Source: Candidatus Bathyarchaeota archaeon
Lineage (GTDB): Archaea; Thermoproteota; Bathyarchaeia; 40CM-2-53-6
DNA length: 64,000 nt
NCBI GenBank assembly: GCA_963726255.1
Contig: CAVSBL010000002.1
Coordinates: 1,632,001 to 1,696,000 of the forward strand
Reading direction: 5' to 3'
A program made the translations under genes and the position numbers. Shown here one piece after another: positions 31,730 to 41,842 of this stretch. Under the pieces are notes generated by a model. It saw nothing but the letters and a program-made list of their open reading frames with translations, ran no database searches and was not told the origin of the DNA. Position 1 is the stretch's first letter. Each line of letters opens with the position of its first letter.

Positions 31730-31821
31730 TTAATTCGCCGAAAGCAGAAAACAATGTTGGTTCTAACGAGTCTTTGGCAAGTGTTATATCGCAATTGAGA
31801 GCAATGCAAACCAGGATAAAA

Positions 31822-33126
31822 ATGTCAACGAAACAAGGAACGAAAAAAACACTTGCTATAGTTGTCGCCGCAATCGTACTCCTAGCGGTCGTGGGTGGAG
31901 CGTACTACTACACGACTACGACAACACCAATGCAACAAACATCAACAATGCAGGAGTCAATGACCACACCAGTGACGTCTGCTGCTGCACAACCGATCAA
32001 GGTCGGTTTAATCACCCCGCTAAGCGGGATCTACGCTCCTGACGGGATGCAAGTTCAACAGGGTGCCCAAGTTGCCGCCGATGAGCTCAACGCGGCTGGC
32101 GGAATCATGGGCCGACCAGTCCAAATCTTCGCACAAGACGAAGGCGCCAAGACCTCGGACACAGTTAACGCAGCACAAATTCTCGTCAACCAACAACAGG
32201 TCAACTTCATGATGGGGCCGTACTTCAGTGGAGACGTGAGAGCAGTGCTACCAATAACAACCAGCGCCAAAATGGTCCAGATACTCACCGTATCAAGCCT
32301 AGACGCGTTAATGGTGCCACCTGAGAATCAATACCTATTCCGAGTGACACTACCCGACAGCGGCTACGCGGTGATGGCTCTTGCCTGGCTGAACATGATA
32401 CATGCAAAGTCGTTTGTCTACGAAGCGGAAGACTACGGATACGCACACGAAATCGGAGGCTTCCTCACTAACCAGAGCGCCAGCGCAGGCATGACAATGC
32501 TTTCAGCGGATTACTTCCCAGACACAGCCACCGATTACTCATCAGCGCTAAACAAGATTGCAACACTCAAACCAGACGGCGTTGTAGTCGTCATGGAAGG
32601 AACTAACGGCATTGACTTCCAGAAGCAATACGGAGCGAACCCAGCGGTCAACAAGATAGCCATCTTCCACCTCGAAACGTTGCTGATATTGCCGACAAAT
32701 GCGCAAAGCATCAACACAGCCGTCCCCAACGGAGTCAACGATGTCTTCGTTGGACCAATCAGCACAATAACCAGTCAGACAGCCGCCTTTATGCAAACCT
32801 TCCAGCAGAAATACGGCATAGGTGCGAGCCACTACGCCATGGACGGTTATGATGGAGTAATGATACTCGCGAACGCCGTTACCAAGGCGGGCAGCACCGA
32901 CTCTGACGCGGTAGCAAATGCGTTAACATCAACTGACTATACAGGTCCAGGCGGACACGTTGTATTCCTAGGCAACCACAACCCGACTGTCGGTCCAGGA
33001 TACTTGACCGGCACGATTTACCAGATCACAGTGACGGGCAGCGATATTCACTACAACATTGTTTGGCCATCAAATGTAGCAAATGCTACTGCAGTGAACC
33101 CGGCGACTGGACAACCTTACAGCTGA
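31822..33126 (+). CDS. Liv-type ABC substrate-binding protein, membrane anchored
   Basis: TM helix and Thr linker, IKVGLITPLSG, NAAGGIMGRPV, GYDGV. Confidence 0.9.
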   Translation: MSTKQGTKKTLAIVVAAIVLLAVVGGAYYYTTTTTPMQQTSTMQESMTTPVTSAAAQPIKVGLITPLSGIYAPDGMQVQQGAQVAADELNAAGGIMGRPVQIFAQDEGAKTSDTVNAAQILVNQQQVNFMMGPYFSGDVRAVLPITTSAKMVQILTVSSLDALMVPPENQYLFRVTLPDSGYAVMALAWLNMIHAKSFVYEAEDYGYAHEIGGFLTNQSASAGMTMLSADYFPDTATDYSSALNKIATLKPDGVVVVMEGTNGIDFQKQYGANPAVNKIAIFHLETLLILPTNAQSINTAVPNGVNDVFVGPISTITSQTAAFMQTFQQKYGIGASHYAMDGYDGVMILANAVTKAGSTDSDAVANALTSTDYTGPGGHVVFLGNHNPTVGPGYLTGTIYQITVTGSDIHYNIVWPSNVANATAVNPATGQPYS

Positions 33127-33185
33127 CAGCGAACAACAGCACATATAGCTACCTTCCTCCTTCCCTTTTTTCTTGCGTGTACCAA

Positions 33186-34085
33186 GTGTCAGCTTCACCC
33201 CTGCTAGGACTCTACCTTTCGCTCATTTCCGGAATAAGCTACGGCCTCATAATCAGTCTACTAGCCGGCGGGCTATCGCTGATCTATGGGGTCATGAACA
33301 ACGTTAACACCTCACACGGCGCCTTCTACATGATGGGCGGCTTCCTAACTTTCTTCGCTGTAAGCAGCCTCCATCTCCCAATCGTTGTTAGCGTTGTATT
33401 CGCGTTTACAGCTGCTTTCGTCATCGGCTTAGTTTTTCTCTACGTTTTGATCCCGAAGAAGATGTGGGTGTCAAGCGACCCTGACTCACAGAACACCGTG
33501 ATGATCCTGTTCCTTGCACTGGCACAGGTGCTCCAGCAAGGAGCTTTCATAGTCTACGGAGGAGGATCTCTTGCCATTCCAAGAATAGCCTTCGGAAACG
33601 TTCTCGCCCCTGGCGGCGTATTCATATCGTATCAGACCCTAATCTCAATCGCCATCTCTTTGCTCTGTTATGTGGGGCTATTCCTTTTCCTGCGCGATAC
33701 CAAGATCGGAAAGGCAATCCGAGCTTTCTCTCAGGACAGGGAATTGGCTGAATCCATGGGCGTTCGAGTAAGCACAATAGCATTGATGTCGTTCGGGCTT
33801 GGCGTATCCCTAGCCGCATTGAGCGGCTCGCTTCTATCTTCAATTTACAGCATTACTGCGTCGACTGGATGGAATGAGTTGGTGATAGCTTTCGTAATCG
33901 TCACTTTTGGTGGAATTGGAAGTATATCGGGCAGTTTCCTTGGCGGGTTAGTCTATGGCATAATTTACTCGATTACGCAGTTCTTCTTTCCAGCATATTC
34001 GTTCATCATAGCCCTCGTTCTCATTTACGTCGTACTAGTCAACAAACCGACCGGCATACTCGGCGAGATCATTGAAAGAGCTTGA
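33186..34085 (+). CDS. Liv-type ABC permease (LivH-like)
   Basis: GLSLIYGVMNNVNTSHG, GKAIRA..QDRELAESMG, GGIGSI. Confidence 0.9.
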   Translation: MSASPLLGLYLSLISGISYGLIISLLAGGLSLIYGVMNNVNTSHGAFYMMGGFLTFFAVSSLHLPIVVSVVFAFTAAFVIGLVFLYVLIPKKMWVSSDPDSQNTVMILFLALAQVLQQGAFIVYGGGSLAIPRIAFGNVLAPGGVFISYQTLISIAISLLCYVGLFLFLRDTKIGKAIRAFSQDRELAESMGVRVSTIALMSFGLGVSLAALSGSLLSSIYSITASTGWNELVIAFVIVTFGGIGSISGSFLGGLVYGIIYSITQFFFPAYSFIIALVLIYVVLVNKPTGILGEIIERA

Positions 34086-35046
34086 GTCTGCCGACTTTAG
34101 GTCGGTGTTCAACGGCATCAAACTAAAGGATGTTAATCTTGTAATACTTCTCGTAGCGCTAGTCCCTAGCATTCTAATTCCTTTCACAGGCCTCCGATAT
34201 TTGCAATTCATTATGATGTACTTCTTTGCCTACGCTATCTACACGGCCAGCTGGGACCTTCTCTACAGCTACTCAGGCCAGCTCAGCTTGGGCCAGGCGC
34301 TACCTTTCGGTTTAGGCGCCTTCTTCACACTCATGCTCACCCAAGTGGTTAAACTACCCCTGATACCGTCTGCGGTACTGGGCGCCTTGGGGGCAGCAGC
34401 AGTTGGAGGGGGCATCGGTGCCACCACAATCAGGCTCAAACCAGGGTACCAAGGCATAGCCATACTCCTCTTCTCGCAAGTACTCTACTGGCTTATGCTG
34501 ATAATATACGGCGAAGAAGGGCTGTCGATCTCCAGCGCCACGCCGCTTAGCCAGACAACGATGTACGTTTCGGGCATCGTCATTTTCGGGCTCGGGATGT
34601 TCGCAGTGTATTTGATTCAGAATTCCAACTACAAGCTGAAACTCTTGGCAATTAAGGGAGACAATTTAGCAGCGAATGTGTGCGGTATCAACGTTCCACT
34701 TCACAAAGTAATCGTTCTTTTCTTAAGTTCCCTTTTTGCAGGAATAGCTGGAGCCTACTATGGCATTTTCACTTCGCACGCCGATTTCACAGTGTTCGCA
34801 GTTCCAAACTCTTTCCTGCCAATCGGTATGGCAATCGTTGGAGGTGTGGGTTTCCTAGGAGGACCGATAATCGGTAGCGCGATCATAACTGTACTCATCA
34901 ATATTCTTCCAATTTGGTATTCGTTGGCCATAACCTACTTCGTATACGGAATCGTGGTCATTGCAATCCTGAGATTACGGCCTACAGGTATACTTGGGTT
35001 GTTCCAGCGGAAGATGCAGAGGAGCCCTGCAGTTGCTAAGAGTTGA
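34072..35046 (+). CDS. Liv-type ABC permease (LivM-like)
   Basis: YSGQLSLGQ, GINV..HK, GGPIIG. Confidence 0.9.
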   Translation: MKELESADFRSVFNGIKLKDVNLVILLVALVPSILIPFTGLRYLQFIMMYFFAYAIYTASWDLLYSYSGQLSLGQALPFGLGAFFTLMLTQVVKLPLIPSAVLGALGAAAVGGGIGATTIRLKPGYQGIAILLFSQVLYWLMLIIYGEEGLSISSATPLSQTTMYVSGIVIFGLGMFAVYLIQNSNYKLKLLAIKGDNLAANVCGINVPLHKVIVLFLSSLFAGIAGAYYGIFTSHADFTVFAVPNSFLPIGMAIVGGVGFLGGPIIGSAIITVLINILPIWYSLAITYFVYGIVVIAILRLRPTGILGLFQRKMQRSPAVAKS

Positions 35047-35725
35047 ATCAATAGAAAAAAAGTTCGGCGGGCTGACAGCGTTAAACAAAGTCAGCGTGCA
35101 TGTCGAGAAAGGCAAAATATACGGTTTAATCGGACCAAACGGTTCAGGGAAGACGACGCTTCTCAACCTAGTAACAGGCGTCCTTAGACCGAACGCGGGC
35201 AAAGTTTACCTAAACGATACCGATGTAACGGGAAAATCGCCCCACTCAATAACTAAGCTGGGTTTGGGAAGAACATTTCAGATTCCGAGAGTCTTCTCAG
35301 AACTGACCGTGGAAGAGAATATTCTAGCCGTTAGACGAAACTCCATCTCAAAAGCTCGAATAGGAGAAATATTGGACCTCGTTGACCTCAACGAGTTACG
35401 GGATGAAAAGGCGAAAACGCTAGGATACGGGCAAAGGAAACACCTGGAGTTGGCGAGGGCCATCGCCTTGGACACAGAACTGCTATTTCTAGATGAACCG
35501 ATGGCCGGGTTGGATAAGTCGATGATTGGGGCAATTTCAAAGCAAATCAGGATCCTGAACAAGCAAATGGGGAAAACGCTAGTAATAATCGAGCACAACC
35601 TCGAGGAATTGATGCAACTCACTGATTATGTATTCGTTCTTGACCACGGCCAAAAGATCGAGGAAGGCGAACCAGACACAATCAGGAGTAGTAAGATTGT
35701 ACACCACGCCTACTTCGGAGAGTGA
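35033..35725 (+). CDS. Liv-type ABC ATPase (LivG-like)
   Basis: GPNGSGKTT, RTFQ, LDEPMAG, IEH. Confidence 0.92.
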   Translation: MLRVESIEKKFGGLTALNKVSVHVEKGKIYGLIGPNGSGKTTLLNLVTGVLRPNAGKVYLNDTDVTGKSPHSITKLGLGRTFQIPRVFSELTVEENILAVRRNSISKARIGEILDLVDLNELRDEKAKTLGYGQRKHLELARAIALDTELLFLDEPMAGLDKSMIGAISKQIRILNKQMGKTLVIIEHNLEELMQLTDYVFVLDHGQKIEEGEPDTIRSSKIVHHAYFGE

Positions 35726-36429
35726 TACTGCTGCTCAAAGTTGAGAATATTCACGCGGGCTATTCAGGCTCCGAAGTCCTGCACTCCATCAACCTTGAAG
35801 CGCGAGATGAAGAGATCACCATTCTGATAGGTCCTAACGGAGCAGGGAAGTCTACGCTGCTCAAAACGATTATAGGATTGGTTACACCAACCGCTGGAAA
35901 ACTCCACGCGGAGGGAAAGGAGATCACTCACGCAAGCACTGCGGAGATCATCAAACTCGGAATATCATACTCGCCACAAGGAGCAACACTCTTCCCAAGC
36001 ATGACGGTGAAAGAAAATCTTGAGATGGGACACTACACCCTCTCAGACAAGGAATCGTTGAAATCGAAACTCAACGAAGTAGGCGAAACCTTTCCTATTC
36101 TCAAAGCCAGGATGAAACAGAAAGCAGGTCTCCTAAGCGGCGGCGAAAGACAAATGTTGGCGATCGGAAGAGCGCTGATTTCCTCACCCAAACTAATTCT
36201 TCTTGACGAACCGTCATCCGGACTAGATGTAGGTAAGCAAGCGGTCATATTCGAAAAACTAGTGGAACTGAACAAAAGTGGAATAGCAATTCTCTTGGTA
36301 GAACAAAATGTGGAAAAAGCACTCAAGATTGCGGACCAAGCCTACCTCATGTCTAGTGGACACATGAAATTCAGCGGCGAGCCCGCACAATTGACAGAAA
36401 CGGTTCTGTCCAGCGTATTCGGTCAATGA
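35722..36429 (+). CDS. Liv-type ABC ATPase (LivF-like)
   Basis: GPNGAGKST, LSGGERQM, LDEPS, VEQN. Confidence 0.92.
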   Translation: MILLLKVENIHAGYSGSEVLHSINLEARDEEITILIGPNGAGKSTLLKTIIGLVTPTAGKLHAEGKEITHASTAEIIKLGISYSPQGATLFPSMTVKENLEMGHYTLSDKESLKSKLNEVGETFPILKARMKQKAGLLSGGERQMLAIGRALISSPKLILLDEPSSGLDVGKQAVIFEKLVELNKSGIAILLVEQNVEKALKIADQAYLMSSGHMKFSGEPAQLTETVLSSVFGQ

Positions 36430-36465
36430 TTCGCAGAAAATTCACAACTCGAACCCTCAGGCCAA

Positions 36466-37641
36466 TCAGAGGCCAGCGAAAGCCGCGGCCGCCTTCTGGT
36501 CTTTCAAGCCATGGCCCGTAATTACACAGACCACCGTCTCCCGAGGCGTCAGTAAGCGAGCTTTCCTAGCCTTCAGGAGTCCAGCGACGGACGCTGCGCT
36601 TGCGGGTTCCGCGAAAATTCCTTCGTGGTTAGCGAGTAAACGTTGTGCGGCAGTTATTTCTTCGTCTGAGGCTTTGATTATAGCTCCTCGGGATTCTCTA
36701 ACCGCTCTCAGAGCTTTCTTCCAGCTTGCGGGAGCCCCAATTCTTATTGCACTTGCGATGGTCTCGGGATTGGGCCAAGGAATAACCTTCTGTCGATTCT
36801 TGGCGTAAGCGTCTGCTAACGGTGCAGCACCGGATGCTTGCACCCCTATCATTCGTGGAACCCGTGCCGTTAATCTTGTGCGCTTTAGCTCTTGGAAACC
36901 CTTCCAGATGGCACTGATGTTTCCAGCGTTCCCCACGGGCACGATAACGACATCCGGTATCCTTCGTCCCAGTTGCTCCCAAACCTCAAAGGCCAGTGTC
37001 TTTTGCCCTTCCAGCCGGTAGGGGTTTAAGGAGTTCACCAAATAGAGCCCTCTTCGGCCTGAAGTCATCTTCCTTGCTCGTTCAAGCGCCTTATCGAAAT
37101 TCCCTTCAACCTGACATATCTTCGAACCATGAACCATCGCTTGGAGAAGTTTGCCCATTGCGATCTTACCCTTTGGAATGAGCACAATCGCCTTCAGACC
37201 AGCTTTAGCAGCGTAAGCAGCCATGGATGCTGACGTGTTGCCGGTTGAAGCGCAGAGAACGGTATCGGCCCCTATCTCGACAGCCCTACTTATCGCAACG
37301 GTCATTCCTCTGTCTTTGAACGAGCCCGTTGGGTTTTGGCCATCGTTTTTGAAGTAGACTTCGGACATGCGTAGGCTTCTGGCCAATCTTTCTGATTTTG
37401 ATAATCCTGTTCCGCCTTCGGCGATACTGATTGCATTTGCCAAGCTGACCGGAAGAATTCTGTGGTACCGCCAGACTGAGAGGGGGCCCGGAGAGTGTAG
37501 GGATTCACGGAATTTTCTGCTCAATGAGTCGTAATTATAGACGATGTGGAGCAGGTCTCCGCATGCTGGGCATGCATAGATTGGGATTTGGGCTGGGTTG
37601 AATATCCTTGAGCAGCCGATGCATTGAAGGCGATGCTTCAT
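36466..37641 (-). CDS. thrC: Threonine synthase
   Basis: NPTGSFKDRG, ASTGNTSAS, PVGNAGN, TGHGLKD. Confidence 0.93.
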   Translation of the reverse strand: MKHRLQCIGCSRIFNPAQIPIYACPACGDLLHIVYNYDSLSRKFRESLHSPGPLSVWRYHRILPVSLANAISIAEGGTGLSKSERLARSLRMSEVYFKNDGQNPTGSFKDRGMTVAISRAVEIGADTVLCASTGNTSASMAAYAAKAGLKAIVLIPKGKIAMGKLLQAMVHGSKICQVEGNFDKALERARKMTSGRRGLYLVNSLNPYRLEGQKTLAFEVWEQLGRRIPDVVIVPVGNAGNISAIWKGFQELKRTRLTARVPRMIGVQASGAAPLADAYAKNRQKVIPWPNPETIASAIRIGAPASWKKALRAVRESRGAIIKASDEEITAAQRLLANHEGIFAEPASAASVAGLLKARKARLLTPRETVVCVITGHGLKDQKAAAAFAGL

Positions 37642-38664
37642 GTGCGCGCCTTCGCTGTCGATTTCAGAGTTGCGCCTTTGACTGAAGGCTTCGTTATGAA
37701 TACCTCTTCAACATTGTGTCCGAGCGAGTGCAGCCGTGTGGAAACTTGCTCGATCGCGCCATCGATAAGGCTACCCTTTCTCTTTCTGAGTGACTTGTTG
37801 TTCTCAGATAGACTGTACCAGAGCGCGCGCGACGGCCCCGCTCCACTGATCGTTTCCGCGACATGGAATTCTTTCAGCAGTATCTCTTTCTCTTCACGCA
37901 GGAACTTTGAGTCCACTCCTCTTCCGTAGGACCCAGCCTCGGCGCGAGTTGGTTCGACAAAGCTGTCCCATGGGAGTGTCTGTATGATTGTTCTGATATC
38001 AGATTTGGCGAAGGCCGCGGAGATTCTTGCTACATAACCCATGTTTCTCACATACTGCTCTCTTGAGACTGTCTCGGGCAACACTTGCCTCGTTGCTTCG
38101 GTAGACGCCTTCTCTATGTTGGGCACAACCACTGCAACCCCCAAGTCCGATGGCGGGCGAAGCGTCATTATCTGGGGTTCTTTGGTCAGTGGATTCCGGA
38201 ATATGATGTTGAATCCTCCGAGAGCTGAAGCAGCTACATTGTCCATGTGATGTGATGGCTCCGCAGGCCGCGGCCAGATGGACCACAGCCTGCATGTCTA
38301 GTCCGAGAGTGAAAAGGCGATTTGCGCAAAGGACCGCGCCCACCGCTTCAGCCCCTGAGAGGCCCAAGCCCTTGCGGGGCGGAATCCCGACATTGACTTC
38401 AAGCACACATGCCTCTGGTACCCCAAACTGCTGGTTGAGGACTTTCAGAGCTCTTGCCCCCGCGTGCAATGCCGGGTCTGTGGTTACAATCCTTGCATAT
38501 GGACCTGTAACGCGGACTAACCCTAACCCCGAATTGGACTCCGACAACGTAACCTCTATCGTAGGCTTCTGCAGCGAGATGGAATGGACATCGAAACCAG
38601 GGCCGAGGTTGGCCACGGAGGCCGGAACCTTCGCTGTCACCGGCCCGTGAACATAATGCCGCAT
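37638..38664 (-). pseudogene. thrB: Homoserine kinase broken by a frameshift near 38261-38270
   Basis: PASVANLGPGFD and PPRKGLGLS in one frame; AEPSHHMDNVAAS and ISGAGPS in the +1 frame. Confidence 0.85.
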
Positions 38665-38786
38665 CGCTAATCGTCCTCAAACAGAAAACTTGCTTGAGTC
38701 ACTTTTGATTGCGTCACTTTTCTGACTTTCTTACTCTCCTGCTGACGAACTCCTTGAAGACCTCGCTTATCCACTTACCAGTAGAA

Positions 38787-38957
<171 letters not shown>

Positions 38958-39038
38958 ATAAGCCATGGCTTTACCCCGCACGGTAACTCACGGTAGGCCT
39001 AAGACGACATAAAGCTAATGCCAGAAATTACGGTTGAG

Positions 39039-39419
39039 TCAGCCCTTGAGCTGTCTCTTCGAGCTCCAGAATGTTATCCCGCCCATCAGCAACGCGAGAA
39101 TTACAACTACAAATCCGTTGGCCTCATGTGAGAGAGCTAGGTTGTCGGCCCCGTTGAACAGTTGATAGCCGAGACCTGCTTGCGCTAGAACTACGATAGT
39201 AAGAATGATGATCGTGAGCTTCGAATACAAAGTCGCAGCCTTCGCCCGGAAAGCAATGACAGCGAGTGCAATTACCAAGACTAAACCGGCAATTCCAAGC
39301 AGAATGTGAATTCCAACGAGCGCATCCATGCCGCCAGCCACAACAAAACCCAAGATAAGCTGAATTACCGCGCCGACCAAAACAATCGTCCCAAGGATTG
39401 GAACAGGCTTCAAAGCCAA
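39039..39419 (-). CDS. Four-helix membrane protein with His in TM segments
   Basis: Hydrophobic 126 aa; GIHILLG, SHEANG. Confidence 0.7.
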   Translation of the reverse strand: MALKPVPILGTIVLVGAVIQLILGFVVAGGMDALVGIHILLGIAGLVLVIALAVIAFRAKAATLYSKLTIIILTIVVLAQAGLGYQLFNGADNLALSHEANGFVVVILALLMGGITFWSSKRQLKG

Positions 39420-39594
39420 TCCCTCACAGAGCTCGAGCGCGGCGTCTACATCTTTAAGCTTGGCGGCTAGACAATCAAATTGCGAGCGCTAAAATCCGTT
39501 AGCGGCATGCTGGCTCACACTCTTCAATTCACAAACGTGTTACGTCGTCCCACCCCGTAAACCATTAATATTCATAGAACTGCAAACCGCTGCA

Positions 39595-39661
39595 GGGAGA
39601 GTCTGCTACCTCTTCTCTCCGGGATGGAGAGCAATTGAAGGCTTTATGGCAGTGCTCTCCC
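39595..39661 (+). ncRNA. Candidate hairpin small RNA
   Basis: Nested stems GGGAGAG/CTCTCCC, CTGCTA/TGGCAG, CTCTCC/GGAGAG; ATTAATA box 24 nt upstream. Confidence 0.45.
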
Positions 39662-39823
39662 GAGAAACTTCGTTGCTAAAATCGACTCTGCATCCGATGC
39701 ACTCGGTCCGTATTGGTTGAAATGTAGCCTATTCGCGGGCCAGATGATGTCATTTCAGCTTGCATAATGGCTCCATTCCAATGGCTCCGCTATGCAATCA
39801 CCATAGAGAAGCACACGCCAGGT

Positions 39824-40093
39824 CTATGCCCAGGTGTAGAAAACGCGCCGAGCCGGGTAGTAAACTGGGGCGTAGTATGCGGGGTAGTATCCAGGGTAGC
39901 CTGCGTAGGCTGGGTATGGATACCAGTACCAAGGCCTCATGGTGTATGCGGCAGCTGCGCCGAATCCCAAACCTGCGATGGCTCCCACGCCTAAACCTAT
40001 GCCTGCGCCTGTCAAACCAGCCGCTGTGTAACCTACCGCTCCGCCTGCTGCGGCTCCAAGCAACGCTGCGCCTGCGAGAAGGAATAGTACCAA
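39824..40093 (-). CDS. Glycine-zipper membrane protein with Tyr/Pro-rich tail
   Basis: GxxxG repeats then WYWYPYPAYAGYPGYYPAYY. Confidence 0.7.
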   Translation of the reverse strand: MVLFLLAGAALLGAAAGGAVGYTAAGLTGAGIGLGVGAIAGLGFGAAAAYTMRPWYWYPYPAYAGYPGYYPAYYAPVYYPARRVFYTWA

Positions 40094-40201
40094 CTCTAAT
40101 CCCTATAGATTCGTTGCGCTACGCGCATATAGCGTTTTACTAAAACACCGAGTGAACCTGACGAAAAGGCGGGAAATGATAGGAATACGTGAGGGGTTTG
40201 A

Positions 40202-40591
40202 TCACGCGAAGGGTCCTACGCCTTCGGTGATCTTGATGGCTTGCACTGGGCATTGGATTTCGCATGCCCGGCAGAAGATACAGTCCCGCTCTCGGACCGG
40301 GTCGGCCTTCCAGCGGTCTAGCAGCGTTTTGCCGCTGTCGTTCGGAGTCTGCTTGTCAATCTTCTCTTGCTCAGCAGGAAAGTCCATTTTGTCGAAGACG
40401 TTTACTGGACAGACTGAGATGCAGATGCCGTCGGCGATGCAAATGTCGAAGTCAACCGCGACAGCGACGCCGTGCACACCGTACTCTTTGCTTACGCCCT
40501 CTTTCCACCGTACTTCATGGCCTTCGTGATCTTCCTTCTTAGGCCATTCATTTGGGAAGGAGGCGTCGTCAATTATGCGCCTTTCAGTCAT
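40202..40591 (-). CDS. Zinc-containing-type dicluster ferredoxin
   Basis: N-terminal HEGH...VHG extension, CIADGICISVCP, KADP, CIFCRACEIQCP. Confidence 0.9.
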   Translation of the reverse strand: MTERRIIDDASFPNEWPKKEDHEGHEVRWKEGVSKEYGVHGVAVAVDFDICIADGICISVCPVNVFDKMDFPAEQEKIDKQTPNDSGKTLLDRWKADPVRERDCIFCRACEIQCPVQAIKITEGVGPFA

Positions 40592-40773
40592 CGATTACAC
40601 CATTCGCGTTGCGGGAAGGTTAGGATGAATTAAGAAGATTTGCGTGTCACAACCGAACCTGACAATAGCCCCCCCGTGAAAGCCCCTCCCTCTGAAAACA
40701 CTCCTTAATGACTTCAACTGGACCCCTCTCTTTCCTGAGTTCGACGTCTGTCGACTGCTTCAACCTTCCGAAT

Positions 40774-40950
40774 TCACCTAATGCACGCAAACTTCGAAAG
40801 GCAACTGGGACAGACGCAATCTTTCGCTTGCGTCTTCAGCTTCGCCAACGCCGCCTCGCTCAAGGATAGATCGGTGCACCAACATTCTGCGCCACCCATT
40901 CCACATGGGAAGACGACCCCGCAAATCTCACATTGAAGAGTTCGGGGCAT
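40774..40950 (-). CDS. Cysteine-rich CWC family protein
   Basis: CEICGVVFPCG...CWC...DCVCPSCL. Confidence 0.8.
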   Translation of the reverse strand: MPRTLQCEICGVVFPCGMGGAECWCTDLSLSEAALAKLKTQAKDCVCPSCLSKFACIR

Positions 40951-41039
40951 GGTGCTCACTTCTAGAAGGATTGATGTGCAATATTTCAAGTAGTCCCATC
41001 GGATATGGCGGCTCAGAGATTGGATTGGGTGATACGATT

Positions 41040-41657
41040 CTGAGAATTGTCTCATTTCTACCCAGCGCTACAGAAATCGTGTATGCGCTCGGGCTTGGAG
41101 GCGAACTCGTTGGAGTGTCGCATGAATGCGATTTCCCTAGTGAGGCGAAGGAAAAACCCAAGATGATTGAACCTGCATTTGATACTAGGCAGCTGGAAAG
41201 CGAGAGAATCGACCAACTGGTAATTGACTATACGAAGCGCGGAGAGCGATTGTACAGAATACGACTAGACGAATTCAGACAAGCGAAATCAGACCTAGTC
41301 ATCACGCAGGAACTATGTGACGTGTGCGCAATTGGAACGGAAGACGTCCTGGCCGCAGTGAACCAGCTTGAGAAACCAGTGAAAGTTGTCTCACTCAACC
41401 CGCACTCACTGAGCGATGTGGAAGACGACATCAGGAGCGTAGCGAGAGCCGCTGGTCGCCCTGAAAGGGCTCAGCAACTAATCGCTGAGCTCAGAACGAA
41501 AACAGGGACGATTGGAAAATTGACTGAGAAGGCTCAGAAGCGCCGGGTCTTTTGCGTTGAATGGTTAAAACCTATCATGAATGCAGGACATTGGGTTCCT
41601 GAGATGGTCGAATACGCCGGGGGATTCGACAAGCTTGCCGAGCGCTTACTGACTTAA
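41040..41657 (+). pseudogene. BtuF-like cobalamin/iron-chelate binding protein, apparently C-terminally truncated
   Basis: RIVSFLPSATE, VSHECDFP, TQELCDVCA, EWLKP..AGHWVPEM, then an early stop; CTG 41040 after GGTGAT. Confidence 0.7.
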
Positions 41658-41842
41658 AGTCCACGGTCGGGTGGGCGTTCGAGCGGCTGAGGTTCACGCT
41701 CGATCGGATGCCATGGAATAGTCAAAGAGGGTTCGAAACGTATTGAACCGTAGGCGAATGTTGCTTTCATTCTTTCTGCACCTAGCGTAACTATGTGAGC
41801 CTTGCTCCATAATGACTGGTAAACGGTGAACCTGGTCAGAAC

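Noticed and set aside
38246-38260. Thr-sensing frameshift in thrB at ATC ACA
   Set aside because: ATC to TCA offers no tRNA re-pairing, and a shift there would lose the Glu of AEPSHHMDN.
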